Below, one piece after another: positions 10,631 to 23,500 of a DNA stretch of 64,000 nucleotides. Each line of letters begins with the position of its first letter. Position 1 is the stretch's first letter. The position numbers and the translations under genes are program-made. The notes beneath the pieces were generated by a model, which saw only the letters and a list, made by a program, of their open reading frames with translations, did no database searches and was not told where the DNA came from. Origin of the DNA: Vicugna vicugna (taxonomy: Eukaryota); assembly GCA_013265495.1 (NCBI GenBank), contig MU061579.1, forward strand, positions 6,982,124-7,046,123, written 5' to 3'.

Positions 10631-13197
10631 TAGCGAGAACTTAAAAATTCTAGATCAGAATTTGCTAAAAGCCTTCAGGTAGAAAATAAGAGATAGAAGG
10701 TTACAAGGGAATGAGAATTACTTGAATAACTTTTTTGTAAATTGTGGCATGAAATGGGTCATTATTCCCCAATTATGCCAGCTACATAGGCATACGTACT
10801 TTTTAGCTAGAGGTAACCACATTAAAACAGTGTATTTTTTTAAATGTTGGCTTAACACGTAAATATGAATTCAGACCAAGTTATGAGGTATTAAGTTAAT
10901 AGAGCAGACACTACTTCTAATTTATGTTCAAAAAAATGGCCAAAAAACCAAACCAAAACAAACAAACCAAAAAATGCCTCTTTTGAAGCCAGAGGTAGCA
11001 AGCAGATTTCAAGAAAATGACATTAAGAGAGAATAAAAAGTTACCACTTCCTCCTTTTAATGTAAGATGTGCTAAAATCTTATACTAAAAATCATTTCTT
11101 TCACACATAAAGAATCCCTTTAATGTTGCTTTAAATCTACATGAAGGTTCATAGGTCATTCTTTCAACTCCTGTTAATCTTTTAGACCTTGATGCGGTTT
11201 TCCTGCCACCGATGTTCCAGAGAGCATGTGGTGCCCACATTTATGTGGGAAGGCGCACTCTTATAAAAATGAGCAGCTGTCTCTCTCTAGGAAGGATTTC
11301 AATATAGATCAGATCTCACATACAGTTGAAAACTGTTTCATTTCAAGTGGCTTCAGTGGTAGAATGAATGACCCAACCGTTGTGTAAGGTGATCACTTAT
11401 TGTGTGCCTGCAGTGGGGGTTGTAAGCGCGTGTTATATTGGGGAAGTAATACAGGCGTTCCTGTCAGTGTTTGATGTGGAGGAGAGAAGGGCTGTTGGTG
11501 GATGATAACTAGAATCTGGAAAGGGTTAATTCACCTGTTCATTGATTCTGACTCATAAATCTGGGAGTAGGGTGGAATTGAGAGAGAAGAATTGTGGAAC
11601 AGAAGCAGTTTTTGTTTTTTAACTTTGAGTTTGGTGCTCCTTGAAAAGGGCTAGAGACTGAGGCAGTCTGGTCCCTTTGAGGCAGGGGAGCCAGAAAGCT
11701 GAGCCTCAGCAGGGCAGAGGGAGGCTAGGAGCCTGCCGTCCTGCGTGTGCCTCCGGGATTACCTAAAGAACAGGAAATTAAGGGCTTAGCCAAATGCTAA
11801 TGAGATTGTTAAAAAATATTTGAAGCTCATCCTTTGGATTCAGTACTTATTGTTTAATCTTTTCTTTTTGTTGTTTCTTACCTTTTTCTTTTTGGAAACT
11901 TTGTACAATATCTCAACTGTGTCAAAGAGGTAAAAAGGCTTTCACTTTTGCTGAAATCATGGGATCAAAGCACACCCTTGGCTCTGAGGGCTGCTCCAGT
12001 GGGTGTATAAGCGAAAGGGAAGGTTCCCATTTTACACTGTGTAGACATGTAAATTTCCTCTCTGCCAGTACCCACCTGTGCCTGGAGGAAGGCAGTACAG
12101 GTTTCCAGGACACGAGTTTCATTTGATACCACAGCATCCAAGAATCACAATACTAGAATCCTAGATTCAGTAGTTTTTACCAGCTGTTTAATCAGGGGTA
12201 GGTTCGAGAATGTCAATCTTCCTCTCTGTCAGAACCAAAAACACCCATATGATACATCTTACCAAGTTCTGAGGGTGAAATTCTGTCGTATATAAACAAT
12301 AAGCCCAATGTAGAAACAAATTATTATTCTTTTCTTAAAACTCTTCCAGATGCGAGTCTTAACCCGACTGTAAGCCAGTGTTAAGTCATTATGCTCTGTT
12401 AAGATAAAGTAACATTTAGTGCTCAGAATAAGTGCGCAAGAAACATCTGTTGAGTTCAGACGTCTTAATAGGAATGAAAGTGGAGAGGAGATGGGGGCAG
12501 TCTACCTCCTGACCTGGCCTTCCCAGGTGTTCTGCAGGACCTGCTGCTGCCAGGACTCACTCTGGTTCACAGGATCCATCCCTCCAGTGTTTGTTCCAGT
12601 CCTGTCATCTCCTGCTCCCGCCTCCAGCAGAGCTAACCCTCTGTGTCAGTGTACCCAAACTCCCATGCCAGTATGGCTCCCCTACTCTAGGTGAGGCCAG
12701 CTAAAGCCCCAAAGAGATGGTTGTAGAACCCAGCCATGGAGTCCCTATCCTCCAGACCAGAACTTCCAGTAAAATACATTCCATGAATGCAGTTCCTGGT
12801 TTTTGCTGTAGTCATCCCAGGGAGGGGAAAGTTGGTGGAGAAGGGCGCCTTCCTCCCAGGAAAGCAGGGACTGAAGGGACTGAGGTGAAACCAGACAACA
12901 GCAGTGCAATTGTAAATTCCCATGCAATTCTCGCAAAAAACAATGGGAAATCAGACACTGCTAACATTAGGGTCTGGCTGCATGATGATTTTGGGGACCA
13001 GTGAGGAACCTTGCCACTTTCTGTAACATTATTTTTATGGCAAGTTTCATTTTGTATTCTATTTAAATCATGCACAGTCAGGCTTGTGTAACAGCCATTT
13101 GGGAGTTGGAGAGATTTGAGCGTTTTCGCTGGAGAGCTTTCTGCTTGTTTGCTAATAGCCTTGTGTGTGCACACAGTATAACCTTCGTGTTCATGAG

Positions 13198-13362
13198 GTG
13201 GTAAGGGAGCACAAAATGGACTGAAACGTCTTAGCTTCTGCTTTTGGTTTGGACAGTAGCTCCTTGACCTTGGGCAGTTCTCTCTGGGACTCTCTTCCTC
13301 ATCTATAGAATGAGGTGGATGAAAAACAGGACTTCTGGGACTTCTTCCAACTTCAATATTAC
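13198..13362 (+). mobile_element. MIR3-like SINE
   Basis: tgaccttgggcag...ttcctcatctatagaatgagg...cttccaacttcaatatt. Confidence 0.65.
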
Positions 13363-13869
13363 ATTATTCCATTTCTTTGAAACTCCCGGGAGTTCCATTT
13401 TGTTTTATTTCTTTCTAAGGAGAGGAAGTGGGGAGTATCACTCTATCATCTGAAAAATAGTGACAATATAACCTGTCCTCCTTGACTCGGAGTGTGTTAT
13501 GATAATGGATGGAACAGCACTTCTGAAACTGCAGTGTGCTACGTAAATGTGTACTCTTGATGATTAGAATGTGGAAAGTACTGGAGGACAACCGAATCAA
13601 TGGGAAACATCGCCAGGATTTAGAAACCCTTCCCCACTGTTCAGTCTTAAAACTGGAAAATGTAAGTAGTATGAAATAAGCATAAAAGACCTCCTCTTTA
13701 GGCCTATGAATAAGACTTTTAGGTTGACAAGATCACTGGGCTTTTGGGTAAGGTGACTGAATATAAACTCCTGGAGAGATGAGGTTGGATCTCTCCCCTG
13801 AATTGTGAGAAGGAATTCATCATGTGTGTGCATTTGACACATGATTCAGGACTAGGCAGTAATAGAAGC

Positions 13870-14100
13870 TAAAGATTCAGAATCTGGAGTTGGAAACACT
13901 TGGGTTTGAGACCTTGCCCTGCCATTTTCTGGCTCGGTGCCTTAAAGCAAGTTACTTAAGCAAATCCACAACTAGAGAAATTACCTCTAAAATGAAAAAT
14001 ATCATAGGATTTTTTTGAGGCTTAAATGAGAGAAAGCTTGTGAAATGCTTATCACGTGGCTGGCACATAATAAGCCCTCATTAAATGTTAACTAGGTTTA
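13870..14100 (+). mobile_element. MIR SINE
   Basis: gcaagttacttaa...gaggcttaaatgag...tggcacataataagccctcattaaatgttaact. Confidence 0.8.
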
Positions 14101-14494
14101 TTATTGTTGTTGTTATTTATTAGCTCCATTATCTCCTTACCTAGAAGATCCTGACAACTAGTTAAAGAAGTGACATCAAGCCTGGCTCAACTAGCTGGCA
14201 GTCATTTAAAAAAAAACAAAACTCATCTGCCAATGGTATCTTTGTTGTGCACTCAATTAGGAGAGGGAAAGATATGTGACATGATGGTACAGTTGGAAAA
14301 CATTTATATTCTGTTTGTTTATATTAAACCAGAATGTTTATTTCCAACTGTCTGTCAAGGTTGACATCTTAAGAGGCCATGGTTATTCTCAACATTTTAA
14401 AAAGTGCTTTTGTAGAATTATCAGAAATAAGTTGACAAGCCAGGAGGATAGGCATGCCTTCTTTCTTTATAGTCATCGCCTATTTTTAACCAGA

Positions 14495-14985
14495 AACTCA
14501 CAACAGTCATTGAACAACTATTTATTGAGGGCTTTTTACATGCAAGACACTGTTCTAAGCCTGGAGGATATAGAATTTAACTATGTTAACTAACTGTGTT
14601 TATTTAACATACACATTACCCCTACTGTCAGGGCTTTCATGCTCTAATGGAGGAACCATCATGTCAAAAATAAAAAGATAAATTAAAATCTTTAAATATC
14701 TTTGTAAACTTTGTGGCGTGATATGTACTGTGAAGAAAAATGAAGCAAGGTAAAGAGAGCAATGGGCAGAGTTGCTCTTTCCCGGTGATGAATGGTCAGA
14801 GAAGATCTGTCTGACAAGATAATGTTTGAACAGAGACATGAGCAGTTTGGGGCAGGGAGCCACGTAGGTACATGGAACGCAAGCATTTCTGCCAAGAAGC
14901 ACGTGCAAAGGTCCTGAGGCACAGCATGCCTTAGGTGCCCAAGGAGCAACATTGTGGTCAGTGTGGCACGTAGATGGAGACAGGG
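14495..14985 (-). mobile_element. L2 LINE 3' portion
   Basis: cattgaacaactatttattgagg...gacactgttctaagc...gtgcaaaggtcctgaggca is the reverse L2a tail. Confidence 0.8.
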
Positions 14986-15149
14986 CAATTTTCACAAAGT
15001 TTAACATCCCTGTATACAGGCACCAACCAACCAGAACAGATACTGTCTATTAGCAATCAGTAAGCTCATGCATCTGTGTGTCACTGCTAAGCATCAGCCT
15101 TGATAGAAAATGAGGTCAGGAAATATATGGAGGCAAGACCACGTACAGC

Positions 15150-15380
15150 CAGCATATTATCTCCCCATAATTTCTAGGCTTAGTTTCATAAACCAACTTT
15201 ACTCACATAAGATAAGGATCATCACCATTTATTTGGATAGTACTCATTCATTGATTCCACCTATTTTTAAAAGCAATGCTAAGAGAAGATTCCAAAAGTA
15301 TTTCCAACATTGTTGGAAAAGAAGGTGTGTCAGTATTCACTCAGATGTACGTGTAAGTTTGTTAAAACGAGTCTGACTGG
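15150..15380 (+). mobile_element. Ancient mariner-derived element (MARNA-like) fragment
   Basis: gattccaaaagtatttccaacattgttgg...gatgtacgtgtaagtttgttaaaacgagtct; the translation RFQKYFQHCW resembles a mariner transposase C-terminus. Confidence 0.45.
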
Positions 15381-16274
15381 TGTTTTGTTTTGTTCTAAAT
15401 TCAGCAGTTCTTCAGTGTCCTAGTAAAGTAGAAAGGTGTGGAGCATGACCTGTATCTCCTGGCTGCCCGGGTCTCTGGGAACTAGAATGGAAAGGAATGA
15501 GAGACATACTAGTTGGATCTTTAGAGGAAGCAAGTGGCAAATTGCCCCAGACTTTATAAATAATACCCATATACGATAGGAAAAGGCCACATACACGTAT
15601 GTGACCTGAGTAGACAGGAAGTCTTCTCTGAGGTGGCAGAGGGCAGGGTCAGCCTTGGTCTCTGGGTGCTGGAAAGCGGCATTTGCTGCTGCTTGGTATA
15701 GCTCCAGGTGATGCCCTGCTGCATCCCTTAACCAAAGCTCCTAGGAAATCTGTTACAAATTCTTTAAGAGGGAAAACTGAGGCAGCAATCCTGGAGCCCC
15801 TTATAAAGGTGATGGGGCAAGGGCCACCAGCGCTGCCATGTCCGTCTCAGTTGAAGGCAGCAGCAGCAATGGGATTGATTGGGATCAATATCTGAGGCTT
15901 AAGTGAATTCAACTGGGGCATCTTACAGCCCAGCCGCAACAGCTGATATGACCCCCATCGGGGACAGTGGGGACACATGGTACAGCTTTCACAGCTACGG
16001 AGATCCCAGAGCACTCTGTATATATTAGGACCTATACTGGTAATGGCATACAAGAATGCGTAAGCCACGTGTTTCATAGCAGATCCCCAGGGTAATCCAG
16101 AGGCTCACACTGACTATTACTGTTTCTTTCATGCATGCGTCCGTTCACTCACTCACGGAACACTGAGTGCAGGACTGGAGTGTCCACCACTATCCCTTCC
16201 TCCCCCAGTCTGATTTGGAAGCTGAGGGAGTGTGGGTTACGTAATCTTTCAAGATGTTAACAATTAGAGAGAAT

Positions 16275-16490
16275 TGTGTGGCTCTTGGCTCTGGAACTGG
16301 AAACTGCCAGGTCTGGTATTTGGATTTCATCACCTTGTAGCAGTGTGTCTTCTGTGAGCCTTGGTTTTCTCATCTTTTAAATGGGGCTAATAATATATTT
16401 GACTTGTAAGATTCCTGTGAGAATTAATGAGGTAAGATATAAAAAGCACTTAGCTCTGTGCCTAGTATAATAGACACATTAAAGCTACTT
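16275..16490 (+). mobile_element. MIR SINE
   Basis: tgagccttggttttctcatcttttaaatggggctaataat...aaagcacttagctctgtgcctag. Confidence 0.8.
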
Positions 16491-18188
16491 GTTCTGATAT
16501 TCAAAATGGAAATAGAATGATAGACTGTTGAAGGTGGGGAAGAGGAGGAGAAAAAGTAGAGGAAGAAGGAGCAGGGGGAGGAAATGAGGAGAAGAGACAT
16601 TTGTTTCAGGGAAGAAGTAGCTGGGGGAGGGAGGAGAAATCAAATGAGTATCCCAAGCTATGTGGAGACGAAACATTCAAGTTCCCTATAAATTTTAACA
16701 GTGTCTGGAAATTATTTAAGAACAAGAGACTGGTAGAATGTAAGAGGCCCTTAATGATTTTTTTTTAAGAGGAGGAAGTAGAAGAAATGATTTTAGCAAT
16801 AGGGTTTTGGATGGTCATTGGAATCAAATCATGACTACCTTTATTCCTGACTATTTACTGAGTTCTTGTAAACAAATGAATAACACTTTCTCAGCATCCC
16901 TGAAACAAGATAGCAATTAAAGAAAGCACTAGGGTTGTATCTGATGGTTACGAGATGGAGATTCCAAAGTATGGTTAATACCCATTCCATTCATTTCATA
17001 TCGGACTAACCAAGCCATTCAAACCAAAGGAGATTTTGGACTCAAACTTCTTCAGTCTTGTCTGTCCACCCCCAATTCTAAGATAACTGTCAGCTTAATT
17101 CAGTGCCTGACCAAATTCAGATATGACAAGTGATTATTTTTTATCAGTATCTTCCAATATAATAAGAAGGCACGGAGAATGTGCGTGGCTTGCGGATGGT
17201 TAAATAGCTGGCATAAACCTCACCTGTCAATGATTTCAGAAGATCTTGCTTTACATCTGGTGACTATGATTTGGCTAGTTTCTCCCCCTTAGGTAAAATG
17301 ATGTTCCTCTATCCCTCCTCATCCTGGAGCTATTTTATCATTTTGATTTTTTATAACTAGCTGACCTTTTTCCTAAATAGGTCATTTTGTTGTCCAGCCT
17401 GTAAATTTGGTGTTCTGGAGATTTTTGCCCAAGGAAGTTGAATATATTTATATCTGAAAGTGTCTCTATATTTCAGTCTCTATTTGAAAGCTGCTCAGGT
17501 TATAGCACTCGGAAAATCACTGCTCCAAAAAAGAAGATAAAAACAAATGCCCATAATCCTGTGGCAAGACATTCTTAAAGGTTCAAAAGATATAAAAATG
17601 AGGCTTTATTCTGTAAGAAGTAGAATCAGAAGCAGAAATAAGTACAAGATGTAGCCTTTTTTTATTAATGCCATCATATTCTGCATACATGTGTAAATAT
17701 TTAATTTCCTATGTAAGTTCTATAAAAGACCATTTTTAGATGTATGTAGTATATGTTTTAAAATATCTTAGTCATTTAATACCATTTTCTAATCAAAATG
17801 ACATTTGTAAGATAAAAGTAAAATTTACAGCATTTGTTTTGGGAATAACTTTTCTGCCATTAATAGCTATGCTACCAAAATATGCTAGAGGGTGTTTACT
17901 GCGGAATCTATAGGATTGAATGAACCTCAAAACAGATTTGCCCAGCCATAAAATACTTAAATTGACACAGATTTCAGCAATATTAAAATCCGATCAAAAC
18001 AAGGTATCTCAAGCCCAAGTCCAGATCATTCCATGACTTGATTGTAAATTTTCTATCCCTCCAAAACAAGTGGGGAGGGGGAAGGAAAAGAAGGGCGATT
18101 TGATAGTAGTGACTATGCTGAATAATTCTTTTTTAAAAAAAAGGAGGGTGGGGGTTGAAACCTCAAGATCCATATATAAAGTGATATA

Positions 18189-18377
18189 CAGTTGACCCGT
18201 AAACAACATAGGTTTGAACTCCATGGATCCACTTATACATGAGTATTTTTCAACAGTAAGTGCTACAGTACCACCCAGTCTGTGACTGGTTAAATCTGTG
18301 GATGTGGAGGGACTCCAGACATGGAGGGCAGACTGTTGCACGCGGATTAATCTCTCATATTGTTCAAGGGGCAACTA
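18189..18377. mobile_element. Tigger2-derived MITE (~190 bp)
   Basis: TA|cagttgacccgtaaacaaca at the left end and tattgttcaaggggcaacta at the right end form TIRs; internal ggtttgaact..ggatccacttatac is typical of Tigger2 ends. Confidence 0.8.
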
Positions 18378-18569
18378 TCTTTCTAATACAATGACCTGCA
18401 GTAAACTAGTAGTTGCTTAAACTGGCAACTACTCATACACACTCTCTGCACACTCTCTGTAAAGTCACACAAAAGTCTGAGACATGGGCTCTACACCCAG
18501 GAACTTACAAAATAGCCAGTGGCATTGACGTCTGAAAAGTTAGGAAGCATCTAACAAATGCAAAACATT

Positions 18570-18940
18570 TGTATTAGTTTTGTATTGCTTCTATAATGAA
18601 CTTACCACAAATTTAGTGGCTTAAAAGAACAAAAATTGACTATGTTATAGTCATGGAGATCAGAAGTCTGAATTCAGTTTCACTGAGCTGAAGTCAAGGC
18701 ACTGACAGGCCTGCATTCTTTTGGAAGTTCTCGGGGAGAATCTGTTTCCGTGATTTTCCCAGCTTTTAGAGTCTGCCTGTATTTCTTGGGTCATGGCCCC
18801 TTCTTGCATCTTCAAAGCCAGTAGCATAGTATCATCTACATCTCTCCCTCTCTGACCTCTGCTCCCGCTGTCATGTCTCTTCTGATTTGACTTTGATGGT
18901 CACATTTCCTCCTCTCCCTCTGACCTCTCACTCTGCTCTT
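18570..18940 (-). mobile_element. MLT1D-like LTR (partial)
   Basis: tgtattagtttt..attgct..ttaccacaaatttagtggcttaaaa...ggggagaatctgtttcc...catggccccttc..catcttcaaagcca. Confidence 0.8.
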
Positions 18941-19219
18941 AGTGTGTTGTTTAAAACACAGCTTTGAGTCCTTACCATGTGCCAGGAATTAATATTACAG
19001 CAAAACTAAAACAAGAACTGATACAAATGATAACAGTCAATGATAAATGAATGGGCTGTGCCCCCAAGGAACACAGAAATAGAAAATAATAATGAGATGC
19101 AATGAGAATTGTGGAAGCCGCTTGACCCCGGTGGTCTGGGACCTCTGCCTGCCTGACCCCAGTCCTGATTCCTCAAACACTGTTACTCTTCTTAATCTGC
19201 TTCTACTCTTACCTGCTCC

Positions 19220-19700
19220 TGTGGCTGGTCTTATTTCCTATAAGAGTCTTCTGTGCAAAGAAGATAGCTTTGTACTCAAAAATTATCCATGTGCTCCTCG
19301 TCAACACAGAAACATCTAAACCACCCCTTACCACCTGTGGGATAAAGACTGAACTCAGGAGCCTGATTTGCCAACCTTTCAACAATTTGGCATTATCCCA
19401 CCAGCCAGCTGATCTCTTTCTGAACCCTACCCTCAAGTATCCCCCAAATGAAGCCTTTGTTTTAGTTTTAAGGTCTGCCTCCTGTAAAAAGCTATCCTGA
19501 ATGACTTCCAAGGAGAATTACTGATTAAATACTAATTTTTTAAGTCATAGATCTTTTACATTATTGCTTTACTTTAATGCCTATGCCTTGTTTCCCAATT
19601 CATTGTTAACTAATAAAGAACTAGGACTCTGTTACAGTCATCTATCACTTCTAAGCACCTTGGATATTGCCTTCCCAGAGAGGCACCCAGTGAATGAATG
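19220..19700 (+). mobile_element. L2 LINE, degraded
   Basis: ggataaagactgaactc..., ending in cccagagaggcacccagtgaatgaatg, an L2 tail. Confidence 0.55.
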
Positions 19701-19849
19701 TACAGTATTATAATATATAGCTTGAATGTTGATAAAATAGTTACAAATGTAGATTGCAGTAAGGTACTTTTATACAGTAAGATCACTAATTGACATTAGT
19801 GATGTGTCCTGTAATTATTACAGGTTTTTTAAAGGCTATGTAATAAAAC

Positions 19850-20020
19850 TTAGGCAAAAAAGCAGACCATTGGCATGAGGAAGTCAGTTTTTAAGAAAAT
19901 TATTCTGGCAGCCTTGTGCATGGGGGGTTGAAGAGGTGAGGGAAACTGGAGACAGGTAGAGGAGCCATAAGGCAGATGGAGCAAATCAAGCATAAGAGGT
20001 GAATGAGCATCTGGGCCAGG
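19850..20020 (-). mobile_element. L2 fragment
   Basis: tttttaagaaaattattctggcagccttgtg...gaaactggagacagg. Confidence 0.55.
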
Positions 20021-20569
20021 AGTCTCCCAAACACCTAGCATAGCCTGTTGACACCTGTAATTATTTAAGTGTGGCTAAAGCTTATTTGACAAGTGGAAAT
20101 AAATCATCAGGCTTTACTCCGTTAATTGATCAAAGAAAAAATCTGTTTTTAGCCGAGTAAGTTCTGTTAGAATGAATTCCATGTTTCCCACAGCAGTGAT
20201 TTTTAATCCTAGGCTCTAAAGAATTCCTTTGCCATTATGAGATTTACTTTTACTAGTATGACATAGATGTGTGTATCGATAGTTTTAGAGGAATTAAGTA
20301 GCCCGTGTCTTTGACTAGAACAAAGATCACATAATTGTGTTATAATCACAGATAAGATTTTTAGAGTAAAAATTGAACAGATTGACAGTGGGGATGCCAG
20401 TCATAATTTGGTTTGATTCAGGACCGCCAGATGCTTGTCTCTGTTCATGCTGCTCTTGATGGTTGGTTGTACTTTTTAATTAGGGAGAATATGAGCTGTG
20501 CAAAGTTGATGTCTAGAATATTAAAGTAAAAAGTGGAAGGTTTATCCACAATCTTATTAGTGATAATCT

Positions 20570-23500
20570 TTTTCTGAAATCAAATTTGTATATAATGAAA
20601 CAGAGATCTTAAGTCCAATTTGAGTTTTGAGAATGTATTCACTTGTGTATTCACACTGTTACAAAGCTATAGCACATCCCATCACCCCAAAACTACCCAT
20701 GTGCTCCCACCAGTCAGTCTCCACCCTACGTAAGCATCATTCTTCTGATTTCCATCACCATAGATTAGTTTTGTTTTGTTTTGTTTTTAACTTCATTCCA
20801 GTAGAATCATAGCATAGGCACTTGATCTGGGTTCTATCATTCAGCGTTAAGATCTTGGAGATTCATCACTGTTGGGTCTGTATCAGTAGTTCGTACTTTT
20901 GTATTGTTGAGTAGTATTCTGTTTTATAAGCAAACCACAAACTGTTTATACATTATCCTTTTGGTGGACATTTAGGTTGTGTCCAGTTTTTTGCTCTTAA
21001 GAATTATGCTGCTAAGAATGTTTTGAAGAATATCTCTGTATATTTTTTTTTCTTCATTGTTGATTAAATACCTAGGAGTGGAACTGCTGGCTCAAAAGCT
21101 GGATGGATATTTAACCCTATAAACTATCAGTTTCTGAAAACGGTTGCAACATTTCACACTCCCATCAGTAATCGATGAGTAATTTAAATGCTTTACCTCT
21201 TTTGGTTGCATCTGTCTCCTGGTGCATGCGAATTAGTATCTCACTAGGGCTTCAGTTGCATCTCTCTTAGTAAAATTGATATTGAGCATCTTTCATGTGC
21301 ATATTGGGTGTTCATATATATTTTTTGTGTGGTGTTTAAGTCTTTAATTGATTTCTTTCATTCGGTTGTCTTTTTGTTACTTATTGGCAGAATTTTATAT
21401 TCTGGATACAAGTCCTTTGTCAAATATACATACTACAAACATTTTTTCATAGTCTGTAGCATGTCCCTTTTATTTCCCTAAACTATGTGTTTTGATGAAC
21501 AGAAGTTTTTAATTTTGGTGAATTCTACTTATCAATTTTTTTAATATTTAGTGCTTTTTGCATCCAAAGACATCTTTTCCTATCACAAGACAGCAATTAT
21601 TCTCTTATGTTTTCTTCCAGAAACTATGTAATTTTAGCTTTTAAGTTTAGGTCCATGATGCAGTTTGAGATGATTTTTATACATGGTATGAGACAGGGGT
21701 TGGGATTCATTTTTAAATCATTATTTAGGTGACCTTGTGCCACTTGTTTAAAAGATTTTCTTTTCCCTCATTACTGCGACAGCGTTGTTGACAGTCAGTT
21801 AACTGTATGTGTGGATCTGTTTCTGGACTGCGTTTTGTTTCACTGGTGAGTTGGTCAGTTCTTCCTTCAGTACCGCATTGCCCTGATTACTGTAGCTTTA
21901 CAGTCAGCCTTGGAGTTGAGTGGTCTAAGTCCTCCTTCTGTGCTTTTTCTTTTTCAAGATTCTTTTGGCTATTTCAGATCTTTCTAATGGATTTTCCATG
22001 TAAAATCCATTTCTATAAAACAGCCTGCTGGGATTTTGATTGGAATTCTGTGGACTGTGAGGATGAATATGGACATAATTGACATCCAGACAATATTGAG
22101 GCTCCCAATCCATGAACATGGATATCTCAACAGTATATATAGTAGTTTGCAGTGACGAAGTCTTACACATCTTTTGTTCAATTATTTCCAAAGTATTTTA
22201 AATGTTATATGCTATTTTAAGTGGAATTACTTTATACAATTTTTTAACTATTTGCTGCTAGTATGCAGAAATACAATTGACATTTCATATTTATATATCC
22301 TGTGATTTTACTAAATTCAGTTGTGTGAGTTTGAATAATTCTTGTGTAAATTCCTTAGCATTTTCTAAATAGACAGACATGTCTTTTGGAAATAAAAAGT
22401 TAGACTTCTGCCGTTTGGGTTGTTACATTTTATTTCTATTTCTTGCCTTATTGCACTAGCTTATTGTGCTCCAGGATAAGTTGTTGAACAAAAGCAGATA
22501 TTTTTCTTTTTCAGTCTTAGGCAGAAAGTGAATGTTCTCAATTTCACTACCAGATTTCTATTTTACTATTTTCCTGTGTGCTTTCTGTCTTTTTTTTTCC
22601 CTCTGCTCCTCCTTGACTGCCTTCTTTCGTGCTAAGTAAATATTTTTGTAAACCATCTTAATTCCACTATTGATTTTTAAACTATATTTATTTTATTGAG
22701 ATATATAATTAACATATAATATTATATTTCATGTGCACAGCACAAGTCAATATTTGCATATACTGTGAAAAGATCACCACAATAAATCTAGTTAACATCC
22801 ATCACCACACAGATTTTTTTTCTTGTGATGAGAACTTTTAAGATTTATTCTCTTAGAAACTTTCAAATATACAATACAGTATTATTAGCTAGAGTCACCA
22901 TGCTATACATTACATCCCTAAAATTCTGTACCTTTTAATTACCTTCACCCATAATGCCCACCCTAAGCTATATTTTAAAAATTATTTTTATAGTGGTTGA
23001 TTTATGTATTAGAATAGTCTCCTTCAGAAATTAACACTAACTTAATTTCAGTAAAATATGGAAATGTGTTTCAAATTGACTCCACTCCCTCCCCCTTTGT
23101 GTTAACATTGTCATATACTGCTATATCTCTGTAAGTAATAAATCCAATAAAATAGCCTATGATTATTGCTTTGTATAACTTATGTCTTGTAAAGAATTTG
23201 GGAAATGAGAAATGTTTCTATAGAAAACATATTTTATATTCACACACATATCTGGTGCTTTCCATTTCCCTAGTAGATTCAAGTCACTGTCTAGAGCCAG
23301 TTCCTTTTAGCCTGATGGACTCTTTGGTGTTTTTTATAAGGCCAGGACTACTAGCAATAAATGCTTTCCATCTTTATCTATAACTTTTACTTTCATTTTT
23401 GAAGGGTAGTTTTCTGCATATAGAATTCTTGGTTTACAGGGTTCTGAAAATGCCTTTCAGCGTTTTGATTTTGTCATTCCACTGTCTTCGGGCCTCCATT

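Noticed and set aside
15829..15855. REST/RE1-like sequence agcgctgccatgtccgtctcagttgaa
   Set aside because: The half-sites are broken and mis-spaced relative to GGCGCTGTCCGTGGTGCTGAA.
16540..16640. Purine-rich GA tract as a triplex/H-DNA element
   Set aside because: Low-complexity and interrupted, with no clear mirror symmetry.
17278..17297. Recursive-splicing AG|GT sites (cccccttAG|GTaaaa; also ttctacAG|GTacct near 47670)
   Set aside because: The regenerated donors are weak (not GTAAG/GTGAG); there is no support without RNA-seq saw-tooth data.
18408..18433. Perfect 9-bp hairpin agtagttgc-ttaaactg-gcaactact
   Set aside because: Too short for a pre-miRNA, the spacer is too long for an RFX X-box, and one such stem is plausible by chance.
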